Source: Blepharisma stoltei ATCC 30299 (taxonomy: Eukaryota > Protista > Ciliophora). Taken from it: a stretch of 64,000 nt of DNA. The stretch covers positions 784,073-848,072 of the forward strand of contig CBFDEM010000012.1 in the NCBI GenBank assembly GCA_965603825.1, written 5' to 3'. Below the pieces are notes generated by a model. That model worked only from the letters and a program-made list of their open reading frames with translations, did not search any database and had not been told where the DNA came from. Each line of letters starts with the position of its first letter. Position 1 is the stretch's first letter. The position numbers and the translations under genes are program-made. Positions 1 through 13,418 of this stretch are shown in pieces.

Positions 1-671
1 TCCCAAATGCCCACCATGATGACGTAAATACAGTTTGTTTTGCAGACAGAGAAGGGTCCAATGTGATTTTTTCAGGGTCTGATGATACAACGGTAAAGAT
101 ATGGGATGTCAGGGCGATGAACGGAAGAGACTGCCAAGGAGTTTTGATAGGGCATAGAGAAGGGGTTACTCATGTGTCTTCTAAAGGGGATGAACTTTAT
201 TTGATTTCAAACTCAAAAGACCAAACGTTGAAGTTATGGGACTTGAGAAAGTGCTCGAGCAAGCACGAATATAAAGCATTTAGTAGGACTCACCATTATC
301 AGTCAGGATTTGATTATCGGTGAAATAGGTATCCTATGGAAGGATATACGAAGAGGCTAGCTGCGGACACTTCGTTATTGACTTTTAGAGGCCACCACGT
401 TTTGACTACTTTGATAAGGTGCTATTTTTCGCCTATTTTTATAACAGGACAGAGGTTTATTTATACAGGAGACTATAATGGGCAGGTTTATGTTTATGAC
501 GCGCACACAGGCAAGACTGTGAATGTTCTGAGATCGCTGACTCATGAGCAGATGTTGACTGGAGAGACGTGTTCGAGAGATGTATCATGGCATCCATTTA
601 TGCCTATGATATGCGCAACTTCGTTTCTCAATACCATCCACACCTACACCTATGACAGCGAGATTGATTAA
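1..671 (+). CDS. DCAF11: WD40 repeat protein, DCAF11/WDR23 (LEC14B)-like; 5' end outside the window
   Basis: Frame is open from position 3 (PNAHHDDVNTVCFAD...SGSDDTTVKIWD...LIGHREGVT...SNSKDQTLKLWDLRK). TGA 321-323 gives FDYR-W, matching the family WDYRW motif. It continues into GHHVLTTLIRCYFSP...RDVSWHP and stops at TAA 669-671. Confidence 0.9.
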
Positions 672-728
672 TGAATTTTTAATTTATTTCTTTTATTTTC
701 TACACAATTTATTCCTAATTTTTGTAAT

Positions 729-1268
729 TTAATGAAATTCCAGCTCTGAAGGACTAATGCTTCGCTTTTTCGCTACCAGTGTGCTTTTTTCTTTGTCTCG
801 GGGCATTGCTTTCCTCATATCGTAAGCGTCTTCTTCTGGCTGAGAATAGTAGTCTCGGACTTCTCGATATACGATGTAGCCTAACTTTTGGTAAAAACCT
901 ATAGCTACCTCATTGCTAGCCCTTACAAATAAATCGACGAAATAGCCGTCATGGGCTATTGTGGTGTCTTCAAGAAATTTCATCAAGGCAGATGCTAAGC
1001 CTTGTCGTCGGTTTGTGGGAGCTACTGTTACAGCTGTGACGTGGCCGTGCCAGTCTCGTTTGATATCACAGTTCTTCGCGCCTTCAACTTTACCGAGGAC
1101 GTAGCCTTGGATATCTCCAGTTGGACCTTCTGCGACTTTGCAGTATTCTGGCCATTTAGCAAGATAGCGGCCATAAAAGCCGACGTTATATGTCTCTGTA
1201 AGGATATCAAGGTTGACTTTGTTAAAGCTAAATATATCGCATAGAGAAAATTGCCTTAGTGTTGTCAT
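729..1268 (-). CDS. NAA20: N-terminal acetyltransferase B catalytic subunit
   Basis: MTTLRQF...VNLDILTETY...YLAKWPEY...WHGHVTAVTVAP...FVDLFVRASN...EEDAYDMRKAMPRD is the NAA20/Nat3 signature. Confidence 0.95.
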   Translation of the reverse strand: MTTLRQFSLCDIFSFNKVNLDILTETYNVGFYGRYLAKWPEYCKVAEGPTGDIQGYVLGKVEGAKNCDIKRDWHGHVTAVTVAPTNRRQGLASALMKFLEDTTIAHDGYFVDLFVRASNEVAIGFYQKLGYIVYREVRDYYSQPEEDAYDMRKAMPRDKEKSTLVAKKRSISPSELEFH

Positions 1269-1529
1269 TTTTATGTTATATGGTGTTAGCTAATTTTTGC
1301 TGCATGCCAAGTTATATATAATAGACAAAAATCCAAGGCTAATGCAAAAATTACCAAGCCTGTGCACTAATCGAGTAATTGCTAAAAACTATAGAAATTT
1401 TTAGTGCCGTAATTTTATAGAAAAAGCATTATTCTGCATGCAATTGAAATTATAGTTCTAAAGATCTGCTATATTTAATAAAAACTTAGCTATTCCCATT
1501 TACACTTTTGTACATCGAAAGTCTATTTG

Positions 1530-4500
1530 TTAATAATTAAAACTTTCCAAACTTAAAGGTTGTGTATAAATTATATCACTTTTTGCCTCATTTCCGTCAA
1601 AATTTACATGCTCCATCACATTGCTATTAAGCATATTCCTATAATTTTCCCTTCTCTGCTTCAAATTTGTCGCTTTTTTCTTATTTTTGATTTTTCCAGA
1701 AATTTCATGATATGCCATTTCGAATTTTTTCATCGCCCCACCTGCCCCATTCACAATTCCAAAAATCGACCCTATTAAAATACTAGCAAGCATATTGAAT
1801 GACATCTTTTGTGATCTTGTTGTAAATAAGCAGTTTTCTCGCTTATCAAGCCACACATTTATCTTTAATCCTGCTGAAAAAGGTAAGCTAATGATGTTTA
1901 CTTCTGAACCTTCTTCTGGAGCTTCTATAATAGAGACGTGGTATCCTGTAAGTTTGCTGGGTCATGAGGAAATTTCTGACATAAAATACGAAGGGATCAA
2001 AGAAAAATGAAACTGGCTTGGACTGGGCCCTCGAAATACAGTGGATTTATTAGCAGATAATGACTGATACATACTGCTTATTTCATCTGGGATTGAAGAA
2101 GTTGATGTAACGTTTACTTTAAATGCTGACGCATAGCTGAATTTTTCTTTAAATGTCAGTTCTAGATGTGAGCCATATGAGAGTTCTGAGTTTGTAAAAA
2201 CCACATTGATGATGCAGCTGCCTTCATTGTTTTTGGCACAGTAAATTTCATAGGAAGAATATGAGATGTATTGGAATGAAAATTCAGTGAGGTCTGAACA
2301 GACTTTGTCGGAGCCACAGGAGTCTCCGTAGCCGTACACGATAACTGATACTGTAATATTGGCTGAAAAAGTAGAAATTTGGTCTCATAAGGTAGTCAGT
2401 GGGATAAAATGCTTCATTTCTTGGACATTGGTATTTATATAGCTGCCAATCTCATAGCTAGCCAATAAAAATGCAAGAAATATAAATATAGCTGTAAACA
2501 CTCCTCCAATTTTAGTTCTCCTTAAAATCATTACCGAATCATTTACGTAGTTATGCATTTCGTCATAAATATCGATTTTCGCAATTTCCTTTCTCAGTTT
2601 TTCAATAGAAATCAGCAGAAATAAGAAAACTACAAAACTTAAGGATAAATTTAAAATTGTACTTGAAGCAGAAATTAGTGACCCACTAGTGTACAAATCA
2701 GGCTGAATTGACTCTTTATCGAGGTAATTACTTTGATCAAGCGGGCTAACACTCCCTGTCAGACAAATTTTTCCAGCTGGACATTTCTTGCAAGCACTGC
2801 TACCTATTTCATTGCTAAAAGTATTTTCAGGACATGGATAGCACTGGCTATAAGAATTCAAGCCATAAGAAGGATTATATGTCCCTTCAGGACATGGTAT
2901 ACAGCTGGCCATCCCATAAAAATCAGTATAACTCCCAGGCCCACACAGTTGGCATTCTCCATTATTGTCAAAAAAACCTGGACTGCACTCAAAATCTAAC
3001 CCCTCAAAATCAACTTTTACAAAACTATTTTTGCCTACCAAAATTCTCATAGAGTGGCCATACATTGACCCTCCTCCATGGATATAAATATTATTTTTAT
3101 AATACACATAAGCTGCTCTATATATATAATCCGGAAGCAGCCCTAAGGGTATAAAGCTTTTTTCTTTTAAATCCAAAATAAAAATATCCTTGTAGACATC
3201 AATAGCCCATAGATCTCCTCCCATTACTATAATCTTGTCTGATACCTTTTGGACAACTGCATTAGCCCTATTTGTTATAGGAGTCTCATAATTTGTAGTG
3301 TATACATTTGTCCATTTATTAGAGGTAAAATTAAAATAGTCCACATCTCCTAATGGCGCTTCTCCTTTGCCAGTCCCATAAAAAGTGAAAAATAAGATGT
3401 TTTCACTGTCATCAATTTCGATTTTGCAAGAAGAAAAAGCAGAAGGTGCTGGACCTTCGTCAGTTCCATCGTAGACTAAAGTGTAGGTATAGGTAGAAAT
3501 GTCAAAAATTCATAACTCATTGGAATACCCAGCTAAGGCTAGGCCACCAAATATGAAAATGTAAGGAAAATAAATTTTGGCACAGGAGCCTGTCCGAGGA
3601 GTAGGGACATCATCAGATGAAGAGGGTTCTATTAAGCTTCATTGGTTAGAAAGGACGTTATACACATATAAATCATTAGAATATCCTGCATATCCTTCTC
3701 CCCCAAAAATTACCAAGATGTCACCTTTTGAGTCAGAGCCATGACCACTTCTTGGTGGTGGGTTATTTCCTAGCAGAAAAACAGGCTCCCAAATTTCTTT
3801 TTCTGGATAAAAAACCCAAAAATCGTTTAAAAGCAAAGTCTGATTTCTCCCTCCAAATAAATAAAGTTTATCATAAATGGCATTCAATGAGTGCCTTTCT
3901 CTGACACTTGGGCTTAAATATTCAGGCGAAATAAACTTATATTCTAGCTCAGTCCCATTTAAGGTATATTCTATCATATTGTTCAGTATAATTCCTAATG
4001 AAGCACTATACCCTCCAAACATATAAAAAGAGCCAGGCTTACTTGCAAAACTTAAAGAATCTCTGATAATCGGAAAAGAGACTGTATCAGCAGTTATAGG
4101 GTTAACGTATTTTCATTCATATGTATGGTCTGAAAGATCGACAGTCATAATATTTTCTATATCCCCATAAAATTCTTCAGATCAGCCATATAATAAATAA
4201 AAATTTGTGCCTATTATAGCACTTCCTGCGTAATAAGTGCTTGTATATGTATTCAGACTATTTGTGATATTTTCTCATAGATTATTGTGTATGTCATATC
4301 TAAAAAATTTTTGGTTAAAAGGGTTTGAGCTTTCTTTTTCGATTCCTCCACACATATATATAAAGCCATTTAGATGCTCAATTAACGCGAAATCTAGCTT
4401 AGGTGTAATTACTTTTTGAAAATTCTGAAGCGTCCAAGTAGAGTTTTCAACGTTAAATCTGACTTGAGATTACATAAATAGATTGTTATCGTATCCAAAC

Positions 4501-5016
4501 GGCAGACATCCGCCATAAAGGGCAAACTTCAATTTTCTGTCAACAGTGTCATAATAGCTTGTATAACCAAATCTATACCTGGAGGAAGGAATATCGCCTT
4601 TCTGTTTTATACTATTTCATTGTAAACTTTTAAGATCATAACTTCACATATCGTTAAGTGGTCCATTTAGTGTCAGGCCTCCAAAAATATAAAGCTTGTT
4701 TTTTACAGAATCAACGAAACCTCCAAAAAATATTCTTGGAACTATAATAACAAATACTGGGCGAAATCTGTGAAAGTGGGACAAGGTTAGATCAGGTTTT
4801 TGTTTCTAAGGAAAATGATCATACGTCATTATAGACAATTGATACGTCCAGGTTACCTCCAAATACAATCAAGTTATCTGTTTCATTGTTGTAAGCTAAT
4901 AATGCGTATTCTCTTTTAGAAGGTGGAGAGTCCATTGCTGGGATTCTTGTAAAGGAGATTGAATAGGTTTGTGAGCAAGATAGGATATAGAGAAAAATCT
5001 TAATTATTTGGCCCAT
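1530..5016 (-). CDS. Kelch-repeat membrane protein with signal peptide, Cys-rich (GCC2/TNFR-like) repeats and C-terminal TM helices, ~1156 aa
   Basis: ORFs 3639-4022, 2385-3344, 1962-2339 and 1530-1856 share one frame and are joined by TGA=Trp. A 16-nt intron at 4742-4757 (GTATTTGTTATTATAG) exactly corrects the frame from 4819-5016. Motifs include FGG Kelch repeats, CxPGxY/CPxGTY repeats and hydrophobic segments. Confidence 0.85.
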
Positions 5017-5836
5017 TTATTTTGTTTTCATAATAATTAAAAATTGTCATAAATTCCTAAAAGTCATTTTTTTAAGAAACTGCTAAATAATCGTATGAAA
5101 ATGGATGCTAATTATATTATCTGCACTCTTTCTTAATCCATCATCCCGATTAATTTTTAAAAGCTGCTATTTAATATTTTAAAGGTATTTTTTCCTTTTT
5201 CTCAAAAATAGAGTATTATTTATATTTTGATATCAGCCGTTTCATAACTTTCTTCAGCTCAATATTCACTTTTAATTATCTTAAATTTCTAAATGATTTT
5301 TATCAATAATCCAAAGCCAAAATTATTTTTCGTTATAAAAATTAGGAAAATAAACTATAAAGCTTATTTTTGTCAACCTAAGCTTAATAAATTTGCAGTC
5401 ATTATTCACTCAACCTCCAATAATATCTAATTCCACCATTAAGCCTGAACTTTATTATAGATCTAATCTTGCATCTAATATCTTTTCTAGTACACACTCA
5501 AACTTTATATCATTAAATATTCGCACTGTTAATGCTTTCACATCTAGCCATCTGAAATCTAATAAATTACCAAATATTTTGCTGCTTAATTTGAGTCATT
5601 TGACTGTATTATTTTAATGAAAATTATTCCATAAAAATACAAAAAATCTACTAAATCTTAAGCTTTAATATAGCTCCCTAAAATAAATATTTTTCTATAT
5701 AAAATATAATAAGTCTTCAGGTTGATACTATGCTGAGTATGCTCGGATAGATTTCAGCTAAAGATAAATTCTCCTGCAATTTAGAAAAACTAATTCGATA
5801 ATTAATTACACTTATTTAATTAATATAAACTTTGAT

Positions 5837-6679
5837 ATGGTGGATGCTGATGAAGTTTATGATGTCGAAATGTATAACATCCTAAAAGAAAACCCAATAT
5901 TTTACCACTGTCATGAGTATACAATAATCAAAGGTTTATCTCCAAGCAAAACATATTCACAAGATTGCTTATCTGGCATGAAAATACTCGATCTTGCATG
6001 TGGGCAAGGCCGAGAAATAGGCCATCTACTAGAAAAAGGCGCCCAAGAGGTCATTGGGCTCGATATTTCACAAGAAATGGTCGAAACTGCAAAAAAATTA
6101 TTATCACACATAGAATTCCCAGGTCGCAAGTTTTCAGTATATAGAGCAGACTGTTTTTCCTCACAAGAAGTCCTATCAGTTTTACCTTTATCCGAATACC
6201 AATGCTATTTTGATGCAATTTCAGCGTTTTGACTGCATTGCTGTGCTCAAAATTTAGAACGGCTAAGCGAAGGCTTTCTTTTATGCAATAAATTACTTAA
6301 GCTTGGAGGAGAAATGGCATTTATTACAGCGAATCCTAGAGTTGCTACAGAATATGAAACATTTAGAGAGCTCACAAGCCACGATTTTTTCGCTATATTA
6401 AAAAATCCTGGCAATTCTAATGGAATTCCTACTTCTGAAATTGCGTTTGTGGACCTACAAACCAGAGAGGAAAAATTCGTTTTGATAGCGTATATTTATT
6501 CTTTGGAGCAGTTTTCTATGGTATTAGGGGATAATGGATTTGAGATGGTAGAGTCTAGTGGATTTGAAGCAAACCCTGAGTTTAATTTAAATGGATTTTC
6601 AGAGCAGTTTCGGGCTTTGATATGCGGAGAGTACTCAGAGGGGTATTATATAAAGGCCAGAAAAGTCATCAATAAATAG
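5837..6679 (+). CDS. Class I SAM-dependent methyltransferase, 280 aa
   Basis: Motif I ILDLACGQG, then VIGLDISQEMV and FDAISAF-W(TGA 6230)-LHC. Same frame as 6314-6679; TAG stop. Confidence 0.88.
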
Positions 6680-6801
6680 TATATTAACAATCATGATAAA
6701 TTTATTAGCATATATTAGATTATACTGATACATAATGACGTATATCTGAGTTAAGAAGTTCTTATACTATATTATTCATCATATCTAAAAGCCTTAATAT
6801 T

Positions 6802-7713
6802 ATGCAGCAGCCTAAAGAAAATGCTTTATTAGTAGATAATAATTCAGCACTGTATATAACAATGGAAACTTCTAATAAAATTTTAGATGACACTCTCACA
6901 GCTAAAAGCTCTTTCTCTTTATTGAATTTTCAGCTCTCTTATGCACCTCAACCTGAATCTCCTTACTTATTTTTCTTCATAGAGAACACAAAAACAATAC
7001 AAAAGCTAAATCTTGAGGATTGAAATTCTGAATTTTCTAATTATGAATTAAAAAGCAAAGTCCAATATATATCCAGCATCTGCAAGCTTCCAAATGGACA
7101 GCTTTTTTGCCTTGCAAATCTTGTCAGTGATAATTCAGGGACTGCATTTATCATCGAGGACACTAAAAGGATAACTTATCTTCCTTTTAATCAACATTTT
7201 TCATATACAGAAGGGATTTACTATCAAGATGCGGTATATATTCTGGGCAAATTGGATACAGATTGTCAAAAATTTGACTTGAACAGTAAAAAATGAGTAA
7301 CATTAGCAAAACTTCCAGGCCGTTTACAAGAGTGCAATGCTTTGAAGTTTGGAGGCAAAATTTTATATGCTGGGCGTGGAGAAATCGTCGGAATTTATGA
7401 TTTTATTGCAAATTCCCATATGATAGCCTTGCAAACGTCCTCTGCATTAAATTATGCATTTATTTGAGACGATAGGGCATATATTGTGTCGAGTCATGTA
7501 GGAAGAGGTGTTTGGCTATACGAAAGCAAATATAAAAATCCATATGATTGGGAAATTATTGAAAATCTCTGCTTGGCTGCTGGAAATTCTTGAATTATAA
7601 GGTCCAAAACTGTATATCAAGGGTCATGGTATTTCGAATTGGATAACAAAGTTTACAGATTTCACTTGCAAACTAAAGATTTACGACTACTGAAATTAAT
7701 AAATAAACCTTAA
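6802..7713 (+). CDS. Divergent Kelch-like beta-propeller family protein, 303 aa
   Basis: With TGA=Trp (4 codons) the frame is open from 6802 to TAA 7711-7713. Contains ICKLPNGQLFC, YYQDAVYILG and KFDLNSKKWVTLAKLP. Homologous to the pseudogene at 42500-43988. Confidence 0.75.
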
Positions 7714-7735
7714 AGATACAAATTTTACAATAAAT

Positions 7736-8608
7736 TTAAACTAAATATGCTTTTTCTGCGATATCAGATAAATCAAACACGCTTTTAGCCTCATTTCCGT
7801 ATGCGAAATAAGTCCACGCTTCTAGCTCTTTGTTTGACCTTAGTTTTCTAGGCAAGTTTCTTTCAAGCTGCACCCCAAAAGAATCAAATGGGTATCGTTT
7901 AGGCTTGAGTTTTTTGCTTATATTATTTTTATGTAATTTGTTCAAGCAAACTTCATAAGCTCTTGCTCCATCACCTATAAGTGATTTATGAGCAAATCTA
8001 ACGCTAATTTGCTTTCTCTCAGAAGTAATAGGCCTAATTGAGCTTTTTCTTTCAGCTGAAAAGATATCTTCGACATGATAGATCGTCGTCCTCTGCTGCT
8101 TATTAGGACGGAAGATAAAATCCTTCATATTTGAGTCCACGATTGAGGACCCGTCCCATTGGTTTTCCAAGATTCTGCTGGTCTCATCAGAAACAATTTC
8201 AGGAACTGGGACTTTTTTTTTGCTTTTTATATAGGTGCTATTGTTTGGTAGGGAAATTTCTTTTGAAATTTCCAGGTTTACTGTATGTATTGGGACTTCA
8301 GGTTTTATGTAGGCTGAATCGCTAACTGATGATTTTTCTAGTTCAGCTGATTCTTCTCTAGGAATTGTAGGAAGTCTTAAATAATGGATTTGTTTGTTTG
8401 TCAGCTTATTCTTTTCAACAAGGCTTCGGTGGATCAGTTCAAGCTTCCTACTTTCTTCTAGGAGCCCCAGCACATTTTTTGACTCATCATTATTTTTGAG
8501 TTTAGGCAGATGAGAGACTGGAACTGATTTTCGGCTTTGGAGGGCTGAAGAGTTTGTTTGGGTTAAAAAATTTGCATTAGGGTTTGCATAAGGGATTGAA
8601 AATTCCAT
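7736..8608 (-). CDS. Hypothetical protein, ~290 aa
   Basis: Long open frame with ATG at 8608 after an AT-rich leader; no recognised domain. Confidence 0.7.
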   Translation of the reverse strand: MEFSIPYANPNANFLTQTNSSALQSRKSVPVSHLPKLKNNDESKNVLGLLEESRKLELIHRSLVEKNKLTNKQIHYLRLPTIPREESAELEKSSVSDSAYIKPEVPIHTVNLEISKEISLPNNSTYIKSKKKVPVPEIVSDETSRILENQWDGSSIVDSNMKDFIFRPNKQQRTTIYHVEDIFSAERKSSIRPITSERKQISVRFAHKSLIGDGARAYEVCLNKLHKNNISKKLKPKRYPFDSFGVQLERNLPRKLRSNKELEAWTYFAYGNEAKSVFDLSDIAEKAYLV

Positions 8609-8850
8609 CAATTATTATAACTAACCATTTCTATCAAGGATTACTAATTTTAATAAATATTTTTTAATTTTAAAAAATAACAACAATGCCTCATTTGGCT
8701 TTATTCCAATTATAAGCCTTTTGGCTGGTTTAAAACATTAAATTTTTTATCCCAAATAAATATGCCAATTAAATTTTCTTTTTTTTTGTCAATGAAGGGA
8801 AAAAAATCAAATGATAGCTCATCCTTGAAACGGATTATTTAAATATAAAA

Positions 8851-10563
8851 ATGTCAAAGAAAGGAGAAGTCAAGATAGCGATCAATTTGGAGAAATTTGT
8901 GAACATAGAGCTTTTTAAACAAGGGATTTACCAGATTCGAATAAAACTATATTACACGTACCAAAATAAGGTAAGAAATAAATAGCTCAGTTACGCAAAG
9001 CCCATATTTTTTTGATTTTTCAGCAAAAAGCTAGGAAGATCTGACCCGAATTATGTTTCCCCATCATATATCCAAGACACTGACCACTCATATTGCTCCT
9101 GCTCCTTTCTGATCAGGTACCAAAAAGAAAAATTTAATCTTAATGAGCTTTGTGTTTTTTTATGCGAGGTCCCGCTTTATTTATCGTCCCCATTGTTTCT
9201 TGAAGCAGAACTTTTGTACGATAATCTTGATTTTCAAGCAGAAGCTGAAAGCCCTAGGCTTAAACTTGCAGATAGAAATGCTAATTTAAAGCCTGTATCT
9301 GTAAAAAGATATATCATAGCAAATATTTGAGAAACAGCCGATCAATATATTCCATTGAATTTTGAGCCTGAGTATTTCTGTGTGGTGGAGTCTGTAATTC
9401 ATATTTTTTCTTCTACGTCTACAATTTCATTGGACGGAATGATAAAAAGATATTATGACTCAAATATTAATTTCTTAGAATTTTTGAAAGCAACTTTTCA
9501 TTATAAAAGCCGGGCATATTTCAACCAATTCATTTCTGATGAAGAATTGAATGAGGGACATAATCCAATTGATAGAAAAATAAAAGTCAGAAATTTGAGA
9601 TTTCGGTTGAAATTGCACTTAAATCCTGAGCCAAGTTTTATATATCCTGAGCATTTTTTTTCAAAAAATATAAATTTCCAGCCAATTTTCGTAGTTGAGA
9701 ATTCAAATGATATTTTAGGGGAAACTGCTTTTCAGCCACAAGAAATTGATGATAATCCATATTGAAGAGTTAATGATATTTATCTTTTAGTATTAGTGCA
9801 TGGGTTTCAAGGGAGCTCTCATGATATGACACTAATTAAAGGCTACCTTAGCCACTTGTACCCTAATTTGACAATTTTAAATTCAAAATTCAATGAAAAT
9901 TTATCAAACCATACAATTGGGTTCCAAGGAAAAAATCTTGCAACTGAAATAAACCAATTTTTAAGGGTCAATAATATTTCTCTTTCCCGTCTGAAGGTTT
10001 CTTTTTTAGCTCATTCACTAGGTGGGCTGATCGTTCGTGCTGCACTTCCTCATTTAGCTTTCTTAAAAAACAATATGTATTGCCTTATAACTTTGTCCAC
10101 TCCCCACCTTGGTCTTGTAGCTTCATGAAGCCCATTATTTGAGTTCGGCAAATGGCTTATCAAAAAATGGCAAAATTCTCGGTCATTCGAGCAAATGTCC
10201 CTTTCTGACACTTCCCTGTCTAAACGAAGCTATATTTATGAATTAAGCAAAACCCCAGGCTTAGAATATTTTGAAAAAATTGTCTTATTTAGCTCCCCTG
10301 ACGATATTTACGTTTCACAAGATTCTGCACGAATAGAAAATAGTCAAAATTACTGCGAAGACCCTATTTATAGAGAAATGATTAATAATATATATGAAAG
10401 GGTAAATAAAGAAAAAGTCACTAAAATTGATGTGCATTTTAAGCAGACTAGTTTGGGGAAGATGCTTGTGTGCTGCAGAAATAGGCATATTGACTTTATT
10501 GATAATCCTTATTTTGTAAAGATGTTGTGCTACAGCTTTCCGAAACTGTTCTTACAAGCATAA
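8851..10563 (+). CDS. FAM135/DUF676 putative serine lipase
   Basis: N-terminus LEKFVNIELFKQGIYQIR. A 15-nt intron at 8971-8985 (GTAAGAAATAAATAG) removes an in-frame TAG. Contains VLVHGFQGSSHDM, SFLAHSLGGLIVRAAL and TLSTPHLG; TGA=Trp joins the ORF pieces. Confidence 0.9.
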
Positions 10564-10759
10564 AAATAAAATTCTAAAAATTATTATAATTAAAAATGGC
10601 TGTTCTGATATTTTAATTGTAGAAATGGTGAATTTCTAATTGTAATTAGTAATATTGCAACCTAAAAAGACTCAAAATTCGTGTTTATATTTAATATTTC
10701 ATTTAGCATAATAAATTGGAGATATTCTGCAAGCCAATTATTTGAAATAATTGTTAAAT

Positions 10760-11176
10760 ATGGCTGCAGTTTTTGTAAAGATAGCAATAGCCGGAATTAT
10801 TTTAGTAGCGATAGCAGCAAAAGAAGAACCGATAAGAGAAAACCTTAAAAAATTTGCCAAATGGCTAAAAAGAAAAATAAAGGGGAAAAAGGTGAAAGTT
10901 CCCACTGAAAGAAGAGAGAATGATGAAACTGAGCAAGATGCTGAAGGAATGGAAGCGCTCTTATGCCCAATTTCTCATGAATTGATGACAAATCCTGTCA
11001 TAACACCCTATGGGCACTGTTTTCAAAGGGAGCATATAGAGAGATGGCTGGAAAGTCATGATTTCTGCCCATTAACTAGGCAAAACTTATCAAGAAGAGA
11101 CCTTAAACCATGCTATACTTTGAAATATGCTGTCGATCAGTATATTAAGCTTCAAGACAAGCTTAAATTTGAGTAA
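10760..11176 (+). CDS. U-box domain protein with N-terminal membrane anchor
   Basis: LLCPISHELMTNPVITPYGHCFQREHIERWL...CPLTRQ...LKYAVDQY; hydrophobic N-terminus. Confidence 0.9.
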   Translation: MAAVFVKIAIAGIILVAIAAKEEPIRENLKKFAKWLKRKIKGKKVKVPTERRENDETEQDAEGMEALLCPISHELMTNPVITPYGHCFQREHIERWLESHDFCPLTRQNLSRRDLKPCYTLKYAVDQYIKLQDKLKFE

Positions 11177-11408
11177 TTAACTTATCATATATAAATTTCA
11201 AACCAAATTAAAAAATTCGATTTTCTAAATTTTTATTTTTAAAAATCTACCATATTTAGCTTTCCAAAACTATTTTTTCTCTCAGCTCTAAATCTTATAT
11301 TAATTTGTCTTCCGAAAAGGATTATTATGATGAAAGATCAAAAATATTATAAATTCTAGTCTTATTGATATATTTTCTCAATATTTCTATTAAGCAGACC
11401 AATAATAA

Positions 11409-12318
11409 ATGGAAAGCAATAGTTTAGTTCCTCCACTAGCATTAGGCAATTCAGACGAAACAGACGAAATAATGTAAGATTTTACATAGTAAACAGCTAG
11501 AAACCCAAAGAACTACATATGAAAAATCAGGCCAGTTCCTCGAAGCTGAAAAAGTCCATCAAAGAATCCTCGATCTTAAAGCAGACCAAAAAAAAAGACG
11601 TGAAGATGAGCTCTCTGAGCGCCAAGCCAAAGAAGCTGCCGAATTAGAAACCACTTTTGAAGAAGAATTTAAAGCATTTAACGACGATTGGGACAATCGC
11701 ATGAACACTTATAAAGAAAACTGCAAAGAAATGGAACAGCAAATGAGAAATAAACAAGAAAACGAGTTTGAGACCACCAAAAAAAGCTTAGAAGAAACAA
11801 TCCCAATTATCCCAAAGCATTCTTCTGAGTATTTAAATCTTAAAAGAATCCAAGACACCTTAGTCAGAAATAAAGAATACGTAGAAGCTCACGCAATCCA
11901 GCAGCAGATGCTTGAGTTAGAAGAAAACGAAAAAAAAGACTGAGGAAAAGACAGAGACACTCAAATTTCATTGAGTTTGGGAACTTTGGCCAAAAGGCAT
12001 GAACACGAAATAGAGGCATTTAAGCTAAAAGCCAGCAAAGGCTTTGATGAACTTAAGAAATTAAGAGCTTCAGAGATGGAAAGCTTGCTAAAGAGGTACC
12101 AGAACTTAAAAGCTGAGCAGAAAAACAACCACAAGCTGCAGAAAAATAGGTTTTACGGCAAACATACCACTGGGTCTGGGCTTTATAAAACAGAAAACAC
12201 TGCTTCTTCAAAAGTGTTATTTAGCCCTAGGGCTCAATTAAATAGGCCATCAACAGCAGCTCTTAGGCTGACAGTTGAAAGCCAAAACGAAAATAATTCT
12301 CAAGTTAATAATCTTTAA
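11409..12318 (+). CDS. Coiled-coil protein of a protist family (motif SSEYLNLKRIQDTLVRNKEYVEAH)
   Basis: ATG 11409. A 16-nt intron at 11474-11489 (GTAAGATTTTACATAG) shifts into the frame of 11701-11943 and 11971-12318; TGA 11941=Trp. Confidence 0.8.
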
Positions 12319-12339
12319 AAAAATTTAAAGGAAAAACGC

Positions 12340-13221
12340 ATGTCAGAAAATCCTGCATTTAAGCCACTTAAGGTCAAGAGAAAAGAAAAGCTTGACAATA
12401 ATTTAGGAATTAATGAATTGAACGCCAGAAGACTGTTTAGAAAACTATCTCCAATACAGAGCCCAGCAGCCTCACAGCCACTTTCTCATATGCAGATGTT
12501 TCCAGCATACATGATTGATTACAAGAAGTGAAAAAACGAAAGCGAAACCAAAAAAAAGCGATCTCCTATCAGAATCCAAACAAAAATAAAATTCTCAAGA
12601 AATCTAGACACTTTGCAGAATCTGCAGCCTGGGGACTGTGCGAAATATATAAAATCGTGCTTTAAAGGACGCCATAAGAGGCACCACTCGACGAATTCTA
12701 TTTTAGATTTTGCAGCAGTTCACAATGCAAGTTTAGAGAATACGAATTGCAGCACGAGGCACCAAGGTAATTCTGATGACTCAGAAGAGGAGCCTAAAAA
12801 GTTGCAGCTTAAAGTCCCTCAATCACGCTTGGATTTGGCTAATTTAAGGAAAATAAAAATGAAGCTTTCCAAATCAGAGCTGCATATTGACAATTGCAAC
12901 CTATCAATAACTGAAAAAAAGAAAAGAAAGCAAGAAAGGTGAAGAAAAATTGAAAGAAATATAGAAGAATATAATAAAAGAAAATATAATACCAGCAGCT
13001 TGTCAGAATCCATGGACTCCCAAGCAAATATCGCGAAATCAAGCAATGATTTACTTTGCATTTGCAAAGATAATGGGATTTATATCCCCAAGCCGAAATT
13101 CGTAAAGCAGACTTTCAAGCCAGACACTCTTGAAAAATTCAGCAAATTATTTAGAGAAACTATTGTAGGTTTATGTAAAAGTACGATTATGAATACACAT
13201 ATTAAAAAGAAAAGCTTATAA
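12340..13221 (+). CDS. Hypothetical basic protein, 293 aa
   Basis: Three same-frame ORFs joined by TGA at 12529 and 12940, with no TAA/TAG until 13219. Confidence 0.7.
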
Positions 13222-13418
13222 ACAGAACGTTTTAATTTTTAATTATTTTACCGTTATTTATAGAAAGTAGTGCTATACAGATTACACCATATTGTAAACA
13301 AGTAAAGTTTGCCAAATTTGTTCCTCCAGTTCTTTGGAGAATATTATATGGTAGTTTGCACTAATAAATTAAATAATGAATTAATTGGCTTCCATTGAAT
13401 TATAGTAATTCATAAAAT

